Source: Marinicella sp. (lineage in GTDB: Bacteria > Pseudomonadota > Gammaproteobacteria > Xanthomonadales > Marinicellaceae). Taken from it: DNA of 64,000 bases. Numbering within the stretch: the first letter of the stretch is position 1; every line of letters begins with the position of its first letter. The notes under the pieces were generated by a model that saw nothing but the letters and a program-made list of their open reading frames with translations, was not told where the DNA came from and did not search any database. The stretch lies in assembly GCA_965230295.1 (NCBI GenBank), contig OZ246001.1:1376001-1440000 (forward strand), written 5' to 3'. Positions 55,829 to 64,000 of the stretch are shown here, one piece after another. Made by a program: the position numbers and the translations under genes.

Positions 55829-56941
55829 ATGATACCAAACAACACAAAAATTCTTATTGTTGGCGCTGGTCCCACTGGCTTAACGGCAGCCGTAGAATTG
55901 GCCAGACAAGGCATCATCCCAACCATAATTGACAAGCGTTCTCGGGTATCAAATCTAAGTCGCGCGGTTGGCATAACCCCAAAAAGTTTAGCAATTCTTT
56001 CTCAATGCGGCGTTGATAAGAGGTTGATTGCAGAGGGTATCGCCATCCAAAACAGCCATGTGTTTATACATGATCGACTCAGTCTTTCAGTCAAACTTCA
56101 TTCTGCACGCAGCCACTTTCATACTTTGCTGGGCTTACCTCAGGATCGAACTGAGAAGGTCTTGCTTGATAAATTCAAATCATATGGCGGCACTGTGAAC
56201 TATGGTGTTGAATTCATCAACTATCAGCCTATTGATCCTGAGCATGGCCACAATTTACATGTTTATTTACGCCAAACAAATGAATCCAAGACTGATAACG
56301 TCTTTGAAGAAAATTTCGATTTTATTTTTGGTGCCGATGGCATCAACAGTCAAGTCCGTAAAACCGCTCAAATTCCCTATATCGGTTACGACCTGAGAAC
56401 CACATGGTCAATTGCTGATGTCAATATCAACAATTGGCCATACCCCAATGATTTTTGCTTATTTAAACTCCCAAAAGGTCAAATGATGGTGGTGGTCGCT
56501 ATTGGCAAAAACCGTTACCGAATGGTTTCCAACACACATGATTCCATAGCTGCATTGCCGTTGCAATCTGAAATCACCCATACCCATCGCGAAGGTACTT
56601 TTAATATTGCTGTGCGGCAAGCCAAGACTTATGCCAAAGACCATGTGTTCATCGGTGGTGATGCAGCACACTGTCACTCACCGGTGGGTGGTCGGGGAAT
56701 GAACCTGGGCATTGCCGATGCCGCCCAATGGGTGGCCTGTTTAGTAGAAGGGCGCCTGGATAATTACACCGAGATTCGGCACAAAGCAGGCCAAAAAATC
56801 ATAAAAATGAGTGAGCGCGGGCGTCGAATGATTTCGTCCAAATCCTGGTTTAAGAACACGCTGTTCAAACTGTTTATTGGAACCGCAAAGCATGTCAATT
56901 GGATCAAAAAACGCTTCAGTCAATTCATCATAGAGTTTTAA
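55829..56941 (+). CDS. FAD-dependent monooxygenase
   Basis: IVGAGPTGL, GADG..S.VRK, GDAAHCHSPVGGRGMNLGIADA. Confidence 0.92.
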   Translation: MIPNNTKILIVGAGPTGLTAAVELARQGIIPTIIDKRSRVSNLSRAVGITPKSLAILSQCGVDKRLIAEGIAIQNSHVFIHDRLSLSVKLHSARSHFHTLLGLPQDRTEKVLLDKFKSYGGTVNYGVEFINYQPIDPEHGHNLHVYLRQTNESKTDNVFEENFDFIFGADGINSQVRKTAQIPYIGYDLRTTWSIADVNINNWPYPNDFCLFKLPKGQMMVVVAIGKNRYRMVSNTHDSIAALPLQSEITHTHREGTFNIAVRQAKTYAKDHVFIGGDAAHCHSPVGGRGMNLGIADAAQWVACLVEGRLDNYTEIRHKAGQKIIKMSERGRRMISSKSWFKNTLFKLFIGTAKHVNWIKKRFSQFIIEF

Positions 56942-56969
56942 CGGGCTGATCAGGGGCCTTTTCACCGGA

Positions 56970-57115
56970 AAGCTGCTGAGCAGCTTGACCCGCCGAGCCG
57001 GTTGGTGAGCTTTGCGAATCAGAGGCGAAGAGCGCGAGGTAGCAAGTCATGTTCGCCGTGGTCGTTTTCACTTTTGTCTGGAACAAAAGTGAATGAAGCC
57101 CCAAGAACATTCCTT
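56970..57115 (+). repeat. Modular structured repeat, copy E (short form)
   Basis: AAGCTGCTGAGCAGCTT..GGTTGGTGAGC..GCGAATCAGAGGC..TTTCACTTTTG..CAAAAGTGAA TGAAGCCCCAAGAACATTCC. Confidence 0.8.
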
Positions 57116-57191
57116 CATTAATGGTTGTGGTTTGATCTGATGCTTGAATGGCTGCTGATGGTTGAAAAATCTGCAGCCATTACATCGGCAA

Positions 57192-59177
57192 TCACTCAAC
57201 AAAAGCCGGCAGGATTCGCTCTGCGGTTGTTTGCAGGTAAGCGGTATCGTTATCATGACCGGTGTGCACAATCAGCAGGTCCAATGCCTCAATCAGGGTG
57301 ATTAACTGACCATAGCCCCCTTGGGCAGACGCGCTGAAATATCTTTGATTCCTGAAGTGTAAATCCGCGCTCCACCAGTAATATCCATAGCCCTGATTTG
57401 AAACATTTTTACCACCGTAATGGAGCTCTTCATCGCTGGTATCAACGATCCTATCAATGGCTTTGACCACAAAGGCTTCAGGAATCAACTGTTCATCATT
57501 CCACCTGCCTTTGTTCATGGCCAAAATGCCCATTTTGACCATATCACGTGATGTCATGCTTGAGGATGAACCTGCCCTGGGCAAGCCACTGACATCATCA
57601 CGCCAGCCATAATTTCTGATGCCCATTTTACCGAGAAGCTCTTTTTCAATAAAGTCCTGGGCAGTTCCCGGAACGACAGCTTCAATGACCTGCATCACCA
57701 AGGTTGGGTCCAATTGATATTTAAAACGCTGCGATTCTTCGGTGATCGGTTCGCTGAGTTCGAGGTAGGCTTGAATTTGCCCTTGGCCTTTCAGTTTGTC
57801 GGTGTCTTTCTCTAATGCTTCATGTTGTTCTTCACTGATGCGGATACCGGAACGCATGGTCATCGCCTGATGTAAAGTGATCTTCTCTGCCCCGTCAACT
57901 AATTTCGTTGGATCTAAATCCTTGAGAAAACTGATCAAAGGCTGGTCTAAATCGGCCATGCTCAAATAACCCAACTGGATGGCACGGCCAAGTGCCAAGC
58001 CAGTATAAGCTTTGGTCGCTGACGCTTGCGGATGCGGCAGATCAACACGCCCGCGCAAATAATAAGATTCAAATACCAGTTTGCCTTTGTGGACAATCAG
58101 TAGGCTGTCGTAACCACCGTGCTTGGCGCCAGCAATCTCTTGAGCCAACTGCATGACCAGCTCTTGATTACCGCCATCTGTGCCCAACTTTCCGATCTGT
58201 ATACCGTCTTTTTTGTCATCCGGACTGGCATCAATGAAGGCTTGTTCAAGTAAAGGCAGGTCCCAAAAGGCAAGCTCCTTTTCAGCGTCTGTGGCCATGG
58301 GTGCAAGACCAGCGTCTTGTGTCCTGAGCGTCTCAATGATTTTGGCATCAACCCAATAGATATCGGTGTTATCCGATTCCAAGTCTGCTTTTCTGTTGAA
58401 TAAAATGTACTTGCCATCCGGGGTGACCGTGGCAAAGGCATCCCAGCCTGGCGAATTGACACTTTCTCCCATATTAATCGCAGACCCCCAAGAGCCATCT
58501 TTTTGGCGAAAACTGATGTACAAGTCTGAATCGCCAAAACCACCTTCACGTTCACTGTCCCAAATCAGGTAACTTTCATCAGGAGCAATGAAAGGGTGGG
58601 CGGTCCATTTTCCTGTGTTGACCACAGCGCCCATGGGCACGGGTGCTTGACGCACACCACCCTTAACCGTGGAGATGCGGATCAAATCATTGCTTTTATA
58701 ATCATCAAACACATACGTTCCATGGGCTGATGACGTCAATCGCATGATGCCCCAATCATCTCTGTCGAAAAGGGGGCCTAAACTTTTGCGTTCGGACCAA
58801 CCGTCACCGATGCGCTCTTTATAGCCTTTGGCCATGTGCATGCGCTGGCCATCCGGTGAAAATGTCACTTCACCACGCCGCTTGAATGATGTGTACTTCT
58901 TCCACTCATTGTTTTCTTGACGCAGACCGATCACTGTAATGGGCATGCCTTCACCGCTTCTGGTGGTGAAATAAAATTCTTTCATACCCGGCGCAAACAC
59001 GCCCTCAAGTTCCCAACCATCGATAGAAATGATGCCTGGTGCAAAGGGTTCGGCCACCATGCCAGGCGGCGGCTGTCCCAGCAGTGGGCCTTTGAGCACA
59101 GGAAATGTTCGTTGAGCGTCACTGCGACATCTGTCAGAAAACCCCACCAAAACCAGCAGAATCATGAAAAATTTCAT
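57192..59177 (-). CDS. PD40 beta-propeller fused to serine hydrolase (beta-lactamase class C-like)
   Basis: N-half paralogous to 38616-39605 (GQPPPG, PFIAPDE, IYWVDA); C-half SATK, TMRSG, YGYYWW, AQGGYGQ. Confidence 0.85.
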   Translation of the reverse strand: MKFFMILLVLVGFSDRCRSDAQRTFPVLKGPLLGQPPPGMVAEPFAPGIISIDGWELEGVFAPGMKEFYFTTRSGEGMPITVIGLRQENNEWKKYTSFKRRGEVTFSPDGQRMHMAKGYKERIGDGWSERKSLGPLFDRDDWGIMRLTSSAHGTYVFDDYKSNDLIRISTVKGGVRQAPVPMGAVVNTGKWTAHPFIAPDESYLIWDSEREGGFGDSDLYISFRQKDGSWGSAINMGESVNSPGWDAFATVTPDGKYILFNRKADLESDNTDIYWVDAKIIETLRTQDAGLAPMATDAEKELAFWDLPLLEQAFIDASPDDKKDGIQIGKLGTDGGNQELVMQLAQEIAGAKHGGYDSLLIVHKGKLVFESYYLRGRVDLPHPQASATKAYTGLALGRAIQLGYLSMADLDQPLISFLKDLDPTKLVDGAEKITLHQAMTMRSGIRISEEQHEALEKDTDKLKGQGQIQAYLELSEPITEESQRFKYQLDPTLVMQVIEAVVPGTAQDFIEKELLGKMGIRNYGWRDDVSGLPRAGSSSSMTSRDMVKMGILAMNKGRWNDEQLIPEAFVVKAIDRIVDTSDEELHYGGKNVSNQGYGYYWWSADLHFRNQRYFSASAQGGYGQLITLIEALDLLIVHTGHDNDTAYLQTTAERILPAFVE

Positions 59178-60034
59178 TGCGATTCTCCATTTTTAGTTAC
59201 CCTGCTTAACCAACTCACACTGCGAACGCCAGTCAGTGGAGCGGCGGTTTGGTGGTTGCCTTCCACCTCATCAGTTTTGATCGATATGTTTTGGCCATAC
59301 TTGGCTTTCATCATGTTTGTAAAGGTATCAATTGGAGCCTTCCTGTCCTGTTCTAAGGTCCCGTAGGATACATAAACATTGACTGGATTTTGGGTGAGTG
59401 GTGCTGAATCAGGATTCAGTGCTTCTAACAGGGGGTTGCTGTTTTGCAGTGTGGGGCTGCCAATGATGTAATTGTTGAAGGTGTCCGGCTGGGCTGCCAA
59501 AGCATACGCTCCAAAAAGTCCACCCAATGAGTAGCCGAAATAAGTCCGCTTACTTGGGTCGGTTTGAAAATTTTTTTCGATGTATTTAATCACATCATTG
59601 CGAATGAACTTGAGGTGTTGGCTGGCCTGGCCAAATTGGTATTTGGCTTGCCTTTCTGGGTCACTTGACGCCTTGATGGTATAGTCGCTGAAGCGGCTGG
59701 CATACTCACCAATGTCATTGATGGTGCCCTCAGCCAAATTCTTTTGCCAAGAAATACCCACCAAAATGGCATCCTCCATGATGAATTCAGCAGCCGAGGA
59801 CAGCATTTCGATTTGCCACACCGCGTCAGTGAAATAGATCACAGGATGGCTGACGTTTTTGTCAACAGCATAGTTTTCTGGCAATTTGATATACAATTCA
59901 TATTGTTTGTCTGAAGCAGAATCATGGACAGGGATGACTTGTGTTCTGGGCATGGTATAGGCTGTTTGCCCAGGGCCGGCTGTGCCGATCATAGGTACCA
60001 ATAGCAACCACATGGCGTATAAATTTTTCTTCAT
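59174..60034 (-). CDS. Secreted alpha/beta hydrolase (IroE/BesA-like esterase)
   Basis: LYIKLPENY, PVIY.TD, GYSLGG, SP, H near C-terminus; overlaps next gene by 4 nt. Confidence 0.88.
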   Translation of the reverse strand: MKKNLYAMWLLLVPMIGTAGPGQTAYTMPRTQVIPVHDSASDKQYELYIKLPENYAVDKNVSHPVIYFTDAVWQIEMLSSAAEFIMEDAILVGISWQKNLAEGTINDIGEYASRFSDYTIKASSDPERQAKYQFGQASQHLKFIRNDVIKYIEKNFQTDPSKRTYFGYSLGGLFGAYALAAQPDTFNNYIIGSPTLQNSNPLLEALNPDSAPLTQNPVNVYVSYGTLEQDRKAPIDTFTNMMKAKYGQNISIKTDEVEGNHQTAAPLTGVRSVSWLSRVTKNGESQ

Positions 60035-60090
60035 TGGGCTTATTTCTCATTTGAAAAACGCCCATCTTAGGCATCGAGCTATAAAAATAC

Positions 60091-60127
60091 CTGAAGTCGA
60101 GCTGACTTCTGGCTGATTTCTGACTGA
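60091..60127. promoter_or_regulatory. 11-bp-phased CTGA direct repeats
   Basis: CTGA at 60091, 60102, 60113, 60124 in the divergent promoter of a wHTH regulator. Confidence 0.6.
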
Positions 60128-60199
60128 TACTGGAATTTAGATTGGCTAGCCGTCCTGATATTTAGTTACAATTGGGGTTCATGTTTAGCTAACTCAGGT

Positions 60200-62320
60200 A
60201 TGTCAAAACAGTATTGGATAGGTGGTTTTTATATTGATTTATCCAGAAATCAAATCACCCAAAACCAAAAGACCCAAACCCTGGCTCCCAAGGCCTTGGC
60301 GGTGCTCACCTACTTGGCCGAAAATCACGGGTCGGTGGTCAGCCACGACGATTTATTGGCCGCCGTCTGGCCTGACACCATCGTCTCACCCAACACCTTA
60401 CAACGCAGTATCGCCCAATTAAGAAAAGCATTGGGTGATGATGGAAAGGGGCAAATCTACATCAAAACCCATGCCAAACAAGGCTACAGTTTAGAGTGTG
60501 ATGTCAGATGGCAGGGTCATAACGACTCAGAACAAGCATCAGGCCCAACTCAAAATATCGAACGAAAAAGCGGTGCTGAAACCGCTGAAATGCCACAATC
60601 ATCAAATCTGGGATTAAAGTTGGCGGTCATCCTGGCTGGTATCATTCTGTTGGGTATTTTGGGTTTTAATCAATTGATGACTGTTCGCACTTCATCATTG
60701 TCTTTTGACACCATAAACTCACTGACTGCAACGGATGACAAAGAGTTTGATGCGACTTACTCACCCGATGGCCAATACATCGTGTTCCACCGTTACAAGG
60801 GTAAACAATGCGTCAATAAAATCTGGGCCAAGCACATAGAAACCCAACAAGAGATCCAACTCACTGCGGATTGGGGGTCTTATGGCAGCCATGATTTTTC
60901 ACCTGATGGCAAGCGGCTGGTGTTTTTTGCCACAGAAGCCTGTGATGAACCAGTGGTGCAAAAAGATTGTTATGACCTGGTTACTTTGGATTTCGAACAA
61001 GCCCTACATCATCCACAACAACCCGATACCCTGCTGCAATGTAAACAATCCAAAGCGATCAAACCTTTGTGGATCAGTAACAACAACATTGCCCTGTTAC
61101 AACTGCAATCCAAACGTGTTAAATTGATCAATTATTCGGTCAGTGACAACGCCAGCACCGACTTGTACAACCCGACTGAAGGCAGCCTGATCGATTATAC
61201 CTATTCAGCCAAAAAAGACCTGCTCGCAATCAGCCGCATTCACAATGATGGTCTACAGTACATTGAAATGCTCAGCCCCAGTGGCGATCTGTTATCCAGT
61301 CACCCAATTCAACGACCGCCTGAGATAGCCAAGTTCCGTCTAATCCGTCCGAGCTTTGATCCTAACAACGAGCAACTGATCTTCAGCACAGGTCGGCAAA
61401 TGTTCACCCTGTCATACGATGGAATCGTCGCCAAAATCAACTTGCCTTTTGCTGATCGGATGGTTGAACCGGCTTTCCACCCTGAGGGTCATCGCTTGCT
61501 GATGATCAAGGGCCCCTATGACAGTGACATCATGTTGATGTCACTGGATGACACAGCAAATCCTTCAGATCAGTCAACAGAACACAACCCTTATGAACGC
61601 TCTACTCTGGGCGAGGATCATGCGATGTTCCAGCCTGGTGGCGACTTGATCGCGTTCTGGTCAGAACGATCCGGTGAACAACAAATATGGGTAAGCAGTG
61701 ATGAAGGGGCCCAACAATTGACCGATTTCCCCATCGACACCTACATCCGTGGTATCGACTGGGCAAAAGATGGCCGAAGCCTGTTGGTCAACGCCAGTGG
61801 CGTGCTCACCCAAGTCCATCTGGATGGCAAACAACAATCTTTTCCCATCTCTGATGCTGTACTACAGCTGTTCCAGTGGGACAGTGAGACCAACAAAGCT
61901 TTGTTGAAAGTGCGGATGAATGGCATCAGCCAATTTGTTGAGTTTGACTTAATCAAATCTTCGATTCGCAAGATCAATGACCAAGCCATTAAGTGGGCTT
62001 TGAAAAGTGCAGATGGCCGCTTGATTTACAAGGATCAACTGGATCAATTTTGGCAACCTGGTCCGGTTGAACCAGAGCACATCACAGCCTTAGATCAACA
62101 GGGCAATCGTGACAATTCCTTTGTGATGAATGGCAACACCCTCTATGCCATCAACGACCAGCACCAATTGTGGTCCTATGATCTGGAAGACGGTACCTTC
62201 AACATCATCGGCAACGTCCGTGATGATGTTGATTACCTCACTGATGTCAATTCAGAACAGCTGCTGCTTACCCTTCAAGTGGCGGCCAAAAAAGAAGTGG
62301 TTGAACTGGTCATTAATTGA
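60200..62320 (+). CDS. CadC-like wHTH regulator with TM and periplasmic PD40/TolB-like propeller
   Basis: LAPKALAVL.YLA, SPNTLQRSIAQLRKALGDD, IKTHAKQGY; TM; YSPDG, FSPDG, FWSERSG. Confidence 0.92.
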   Translation: MSKQYWIGGFYIDLSRNQITQNQKTQTLAPKALAVLTYLAENHGSVVSHDDLLAAVWPDTIVSPNTLQRSIAQLRKALGDDGKGQIYIKTHAKQGYSLECDVRWQGHNDSEQASGPTQNIERKSGAETAEMPQSSNLGLKLAVILAGIILLGILGFNQLMTVRTSSLSFDTINSLTATDDKEFDATYSPDGQYIVFHRYKGKQCVNKIWAKHIETQQEIQLTADWGSYGSHDFSPDGKRLVFFATEACDEPVVQKDCYDLVTLDFEQALHHPQQPDTLLQCKQSKAIKPLWISNNNIALLQLQSKRVKLINYSVSDNASTDLYNPTEGSLIDYTYSAKKDLLAISRIHNDGLQYIEMLSPSGDLLSSHPIQRPPEIAKFRLIRPSFDPNNEQLIFSTGRQMFTLSYDGIVAKINLPFADRMVEPAFHPEGHRLLMIKGPYDSDIMLMSLDDTANPSDQSTEHNPYERSTLGEDHAMFQPGGDLIAFWSERSGEQQIWVSSDEGAQQLTDFPIDTYIRGIDWAKDGRSLLVNASGVLTQVHLDGKQQSFPISDAVLQLFQWDSETNKALLKVRMNGISQFVEFDLIKSSIRKINDQAIKWALKSADGRLIYKDQLDQFWQPGPVEPEHITALDQQGNRDNSFVMNGNTLYAINDQHQLWSYDLEDGTFNIIGNVRDDVDYLTDVNSEQLLLTLQVAAKKEVVELVIN

Positions 62321-62324
62321 TAAG

Positions 62325-62359
62325 AAAACCCCGAATCCCGGTTTTTGATTCGGGGTTTT
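62325..62359. terminator. Bidirectional terminator
   Basis: AAAACCCCGAATC..GATTCGGGGTTTT between convergent genes. Confidence 0.8.
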
Positions 62360-62370
62360 GTGGGTGGGAT

Positions 62371-62763
62371 TTATTCAACCATACAAAAGGCATTGAGTTT
62401 GTTACCATCCAGGTCACGGAAATAGCCGGCATAGAATCCTTTATCAGCACCTTCAGGACGGAACCCAGGTTGGCCTTCGTCAGTACCACCCAATTCCAGG
62501 GCTTTCTGATGGAAAGCTTTGACCTTTTCCGGGGTTTCCAAATACACCGCCACCATGGTGCCATTTCCAACTGTAGCAGGTTCTTTATTAAAAGGGTTTG
62601 TGATGGCCATACCAGCTGCTTCAATGGTGGGTGACCAGGCCACAAAGTAATTTTCTTCTTCCATCGAACGGCCCACACCAATGGACTGATAAAGCGCATC
62701 ATAGTAAGCTGTGGCGCGTGGCAAATCGTTGGTTCCTAAAGTGACATATCCAATCATTTTCAT
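62371..62763 (-). CDS. VOC/glyoxalase family protein
   Basis: IGYVTLGTNDL, GNGTMVA, GG.DEG.PG.R, FYAGYFRDLDGNKL. Confidence 0.93.
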   Translation of the reverse strand: MKMIGYVTLGTNDLPRATAYYDALYQSIGVGRSMEEENYFVAWSPTIEAAGMAITNPFNKEPATVGNGTMVAVYLETPEKVKAFHQKALELGGTDEGQPGFRPEGADKGFYAGYFRDLDGNKLNAFCMVE

Positions 62764-62810
62764 TTCTCCTGTTATCGAGTTGTTAAAAAAATGCCATTGT
62801 AAAAAAGGTC

Positions 62811-62832
62811 TGCTGACAGCATGGTGTCAGCA
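62811..62832. promoter_or_regulatory. Inverted repeat TGCTGACA-N6-TGTCAGCA, likely operator of the YafY/WYL regulator
   Basis: Perfect 8-bp inverted repeat upstream of the VOC gene, divergent to the WYL gene. Confidence 0.7.
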
Positions 62833-63193
62833 GTGTTTTGATAGGATCTGTTAGCACCAATGCAATGACTTCTGTTAAGTCTGTAAATGCCACAATCAAG
62901 GCGCGATACGTGTGGTTTGGTTATTCCAATCAAGCGTTGAGGAACACAGAGTGTGGCGTTTACAGCCTTAACCCCATGGGCTGGATCGCATTTATTAATC
63001 CTCATCGTTATTCTGTCGTTCATGTGGAACAACCACACATTACGACAGACACCTTGATGATTAATAAATTCGATCCAGCAGAAGTCTTTTCGTTGGAGAT
63101 AACAGATCCCAAGCTATAATCAAGTGCATTGCAACCAAAAGGAATAGGGGATCACGGCAATATTTTCGAACTACGTTCGAACCCGCTGCGCTA

Positions 63194-63222
63194 TGGATTA
63201 CCCGGTCAAGCCGGGTAATGAC
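63194..63222 (-). repeat. GTCA-type REP
   Basis: TGGATTACCCGGTCAAGCCGGGTAATGAC, like 11238-11265. Confidence 0.7.
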
Positions 63223-63301
63223 GAGGCTTTTTATTCGATTTAGGTAGAATCAAATTCAAAGCAATATTGATTTAGACAAAATAGAAACCAAATTAAACAC
63301 C

Positions 63302-63991
63302 ATGAGACGAGCTGATCGATTGATGAAAATCACCCACTTTCTGCGACAACGGCGACAGGCTGTTACAGCCAGTCAAGTGGCCGAAGCCTTCGATATCTGC
63401 AAACGCACGGTGTACCGGGACATACAATGTCTGATGGATTCAGGTGTGCCTATACGTGGTGAAGCAGGGGTTGGCTATACCATTGATAAGAAATTCTATT
63501 TGCCACCCATTGCCTTTGATGCCGATGAGCTGGAGGCGATTGCTTTGGGTGTCAGCATGGTGCGGCAATGGACCGATGAGCGGTTTGCAGGTAAGGCCAT
63601 GAGTGCCCTGGAAAAAATTCAAGCTGTACTACCCGCAACCCTGCAAGGCGAACTGAAGCAAATCACCACTTTCGCTGTTGATAACCGCCCGCCAATACCT
63701 TGGAAGGTCAACTTTTCAGACATACGTGAATGTATCCGTGATCGATGCAAAATAGACATGGTTTACTCAGATGAAAGACAACAGCATACCAACCGCAAAA
63801 TCAGGCCGTTGGCTTTGTTGTTTTTCAACCCGGTTTGGTTACTGACTGGCTGGTGTGAACTGCGCCAGGATTTCCGTAATTTTCGCCTGGATCGGATACA
63901 AAGCTTGATGAGTCATGATGACACCTTTGAGGATGAAGCCGACAAAAACCTGGCTGCTTATCTGGTTAAGGTCAAAGCCTGTCACGATTAA
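63302..63991 (+). CDS. YafY family HTH + WYL domain transcriptional regulator
   Basis: MRRADRL, RTVYRDI..L...GVPI.GEAGVGY, WLL.GWCELRQDFRNFRLDRI. Confidence 0.93.
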   Translation: MRRADRLMKITHFLRQRRQAVTASQVAEAFDICKRTVYRDIQCLMDSGVPIRGEAGVGYTIDKKFYLPPIAFDADELEAIALGVSMVRQWTDERFAGKAMSALEKIQAVLPATLQGELKQITTFAVDNRPPIPWKVNFSDIRECIRDRCKIDMVYSDERQQHTNRKIRPLALLFFNPVWLLTGWCELRQDFRNFRLDRIQSLMSHDDTFEDEADKNLAAYLVKVKACHD

Positions 63992-64000
63992 ATGACAACA

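Noticed and set aside
1014-63622. Numerous short ORFs antisense to or overlapping the called genes
   Set aside because: Shadow ORFs of well-supported CDSs with no independent motif or RBS.

Overview
A 64-kb bacterial chromosomal window. The gene content (class Ia nrdAB with ATP cones, ECF/Ser-Thr-kinase pair, many secreted proteins ending in IFxNGFE, mddA, several REP families) suggests a marine gammaproteobacterium of the Xanthomonadales/Marinicella type; this taxonomic guess is inference only. A housekeeping block (OPT transporter, yjjG, MATE, nrdA, nrdB) is interleaved with accessory genes. The accessory genes include an AT-rich module (signal-peptide RHS protein, putative immunity gene, ECF43-like sigma factor, Ser/Thr kinase) bracketed by identical REP doublets, and about 20 secreted, hydrolase or regulator genes. 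No rRNA, tRNA, CRISPR array, integrase or transposase was recognised. The most notable unexplained structures are: (1) a short AATCAAwGGGGTCAGAGTnnTTGATT-type element that separates accessory genes at 29-40 kb almost one gene at a time, like a cassette array with no integrase; (2) five copies of a modular, nested, covarying hairpin element of 140-400 bp; (3) three consecutive secreted proteins sharing a C-terminal DxI[FY]xNGFE motif; (4) a CLCA-like metalloprotease-vWA protein carrying an apparent flagellar-hook D2 insert; (5) three membrane-anchored wHTH regulators, each with 11-bp-phased direct repeats in the divergent promoter; (6) an rtcB remnant missed by the ORF track. All protein calls come from motif recognition by eye, not database searches.
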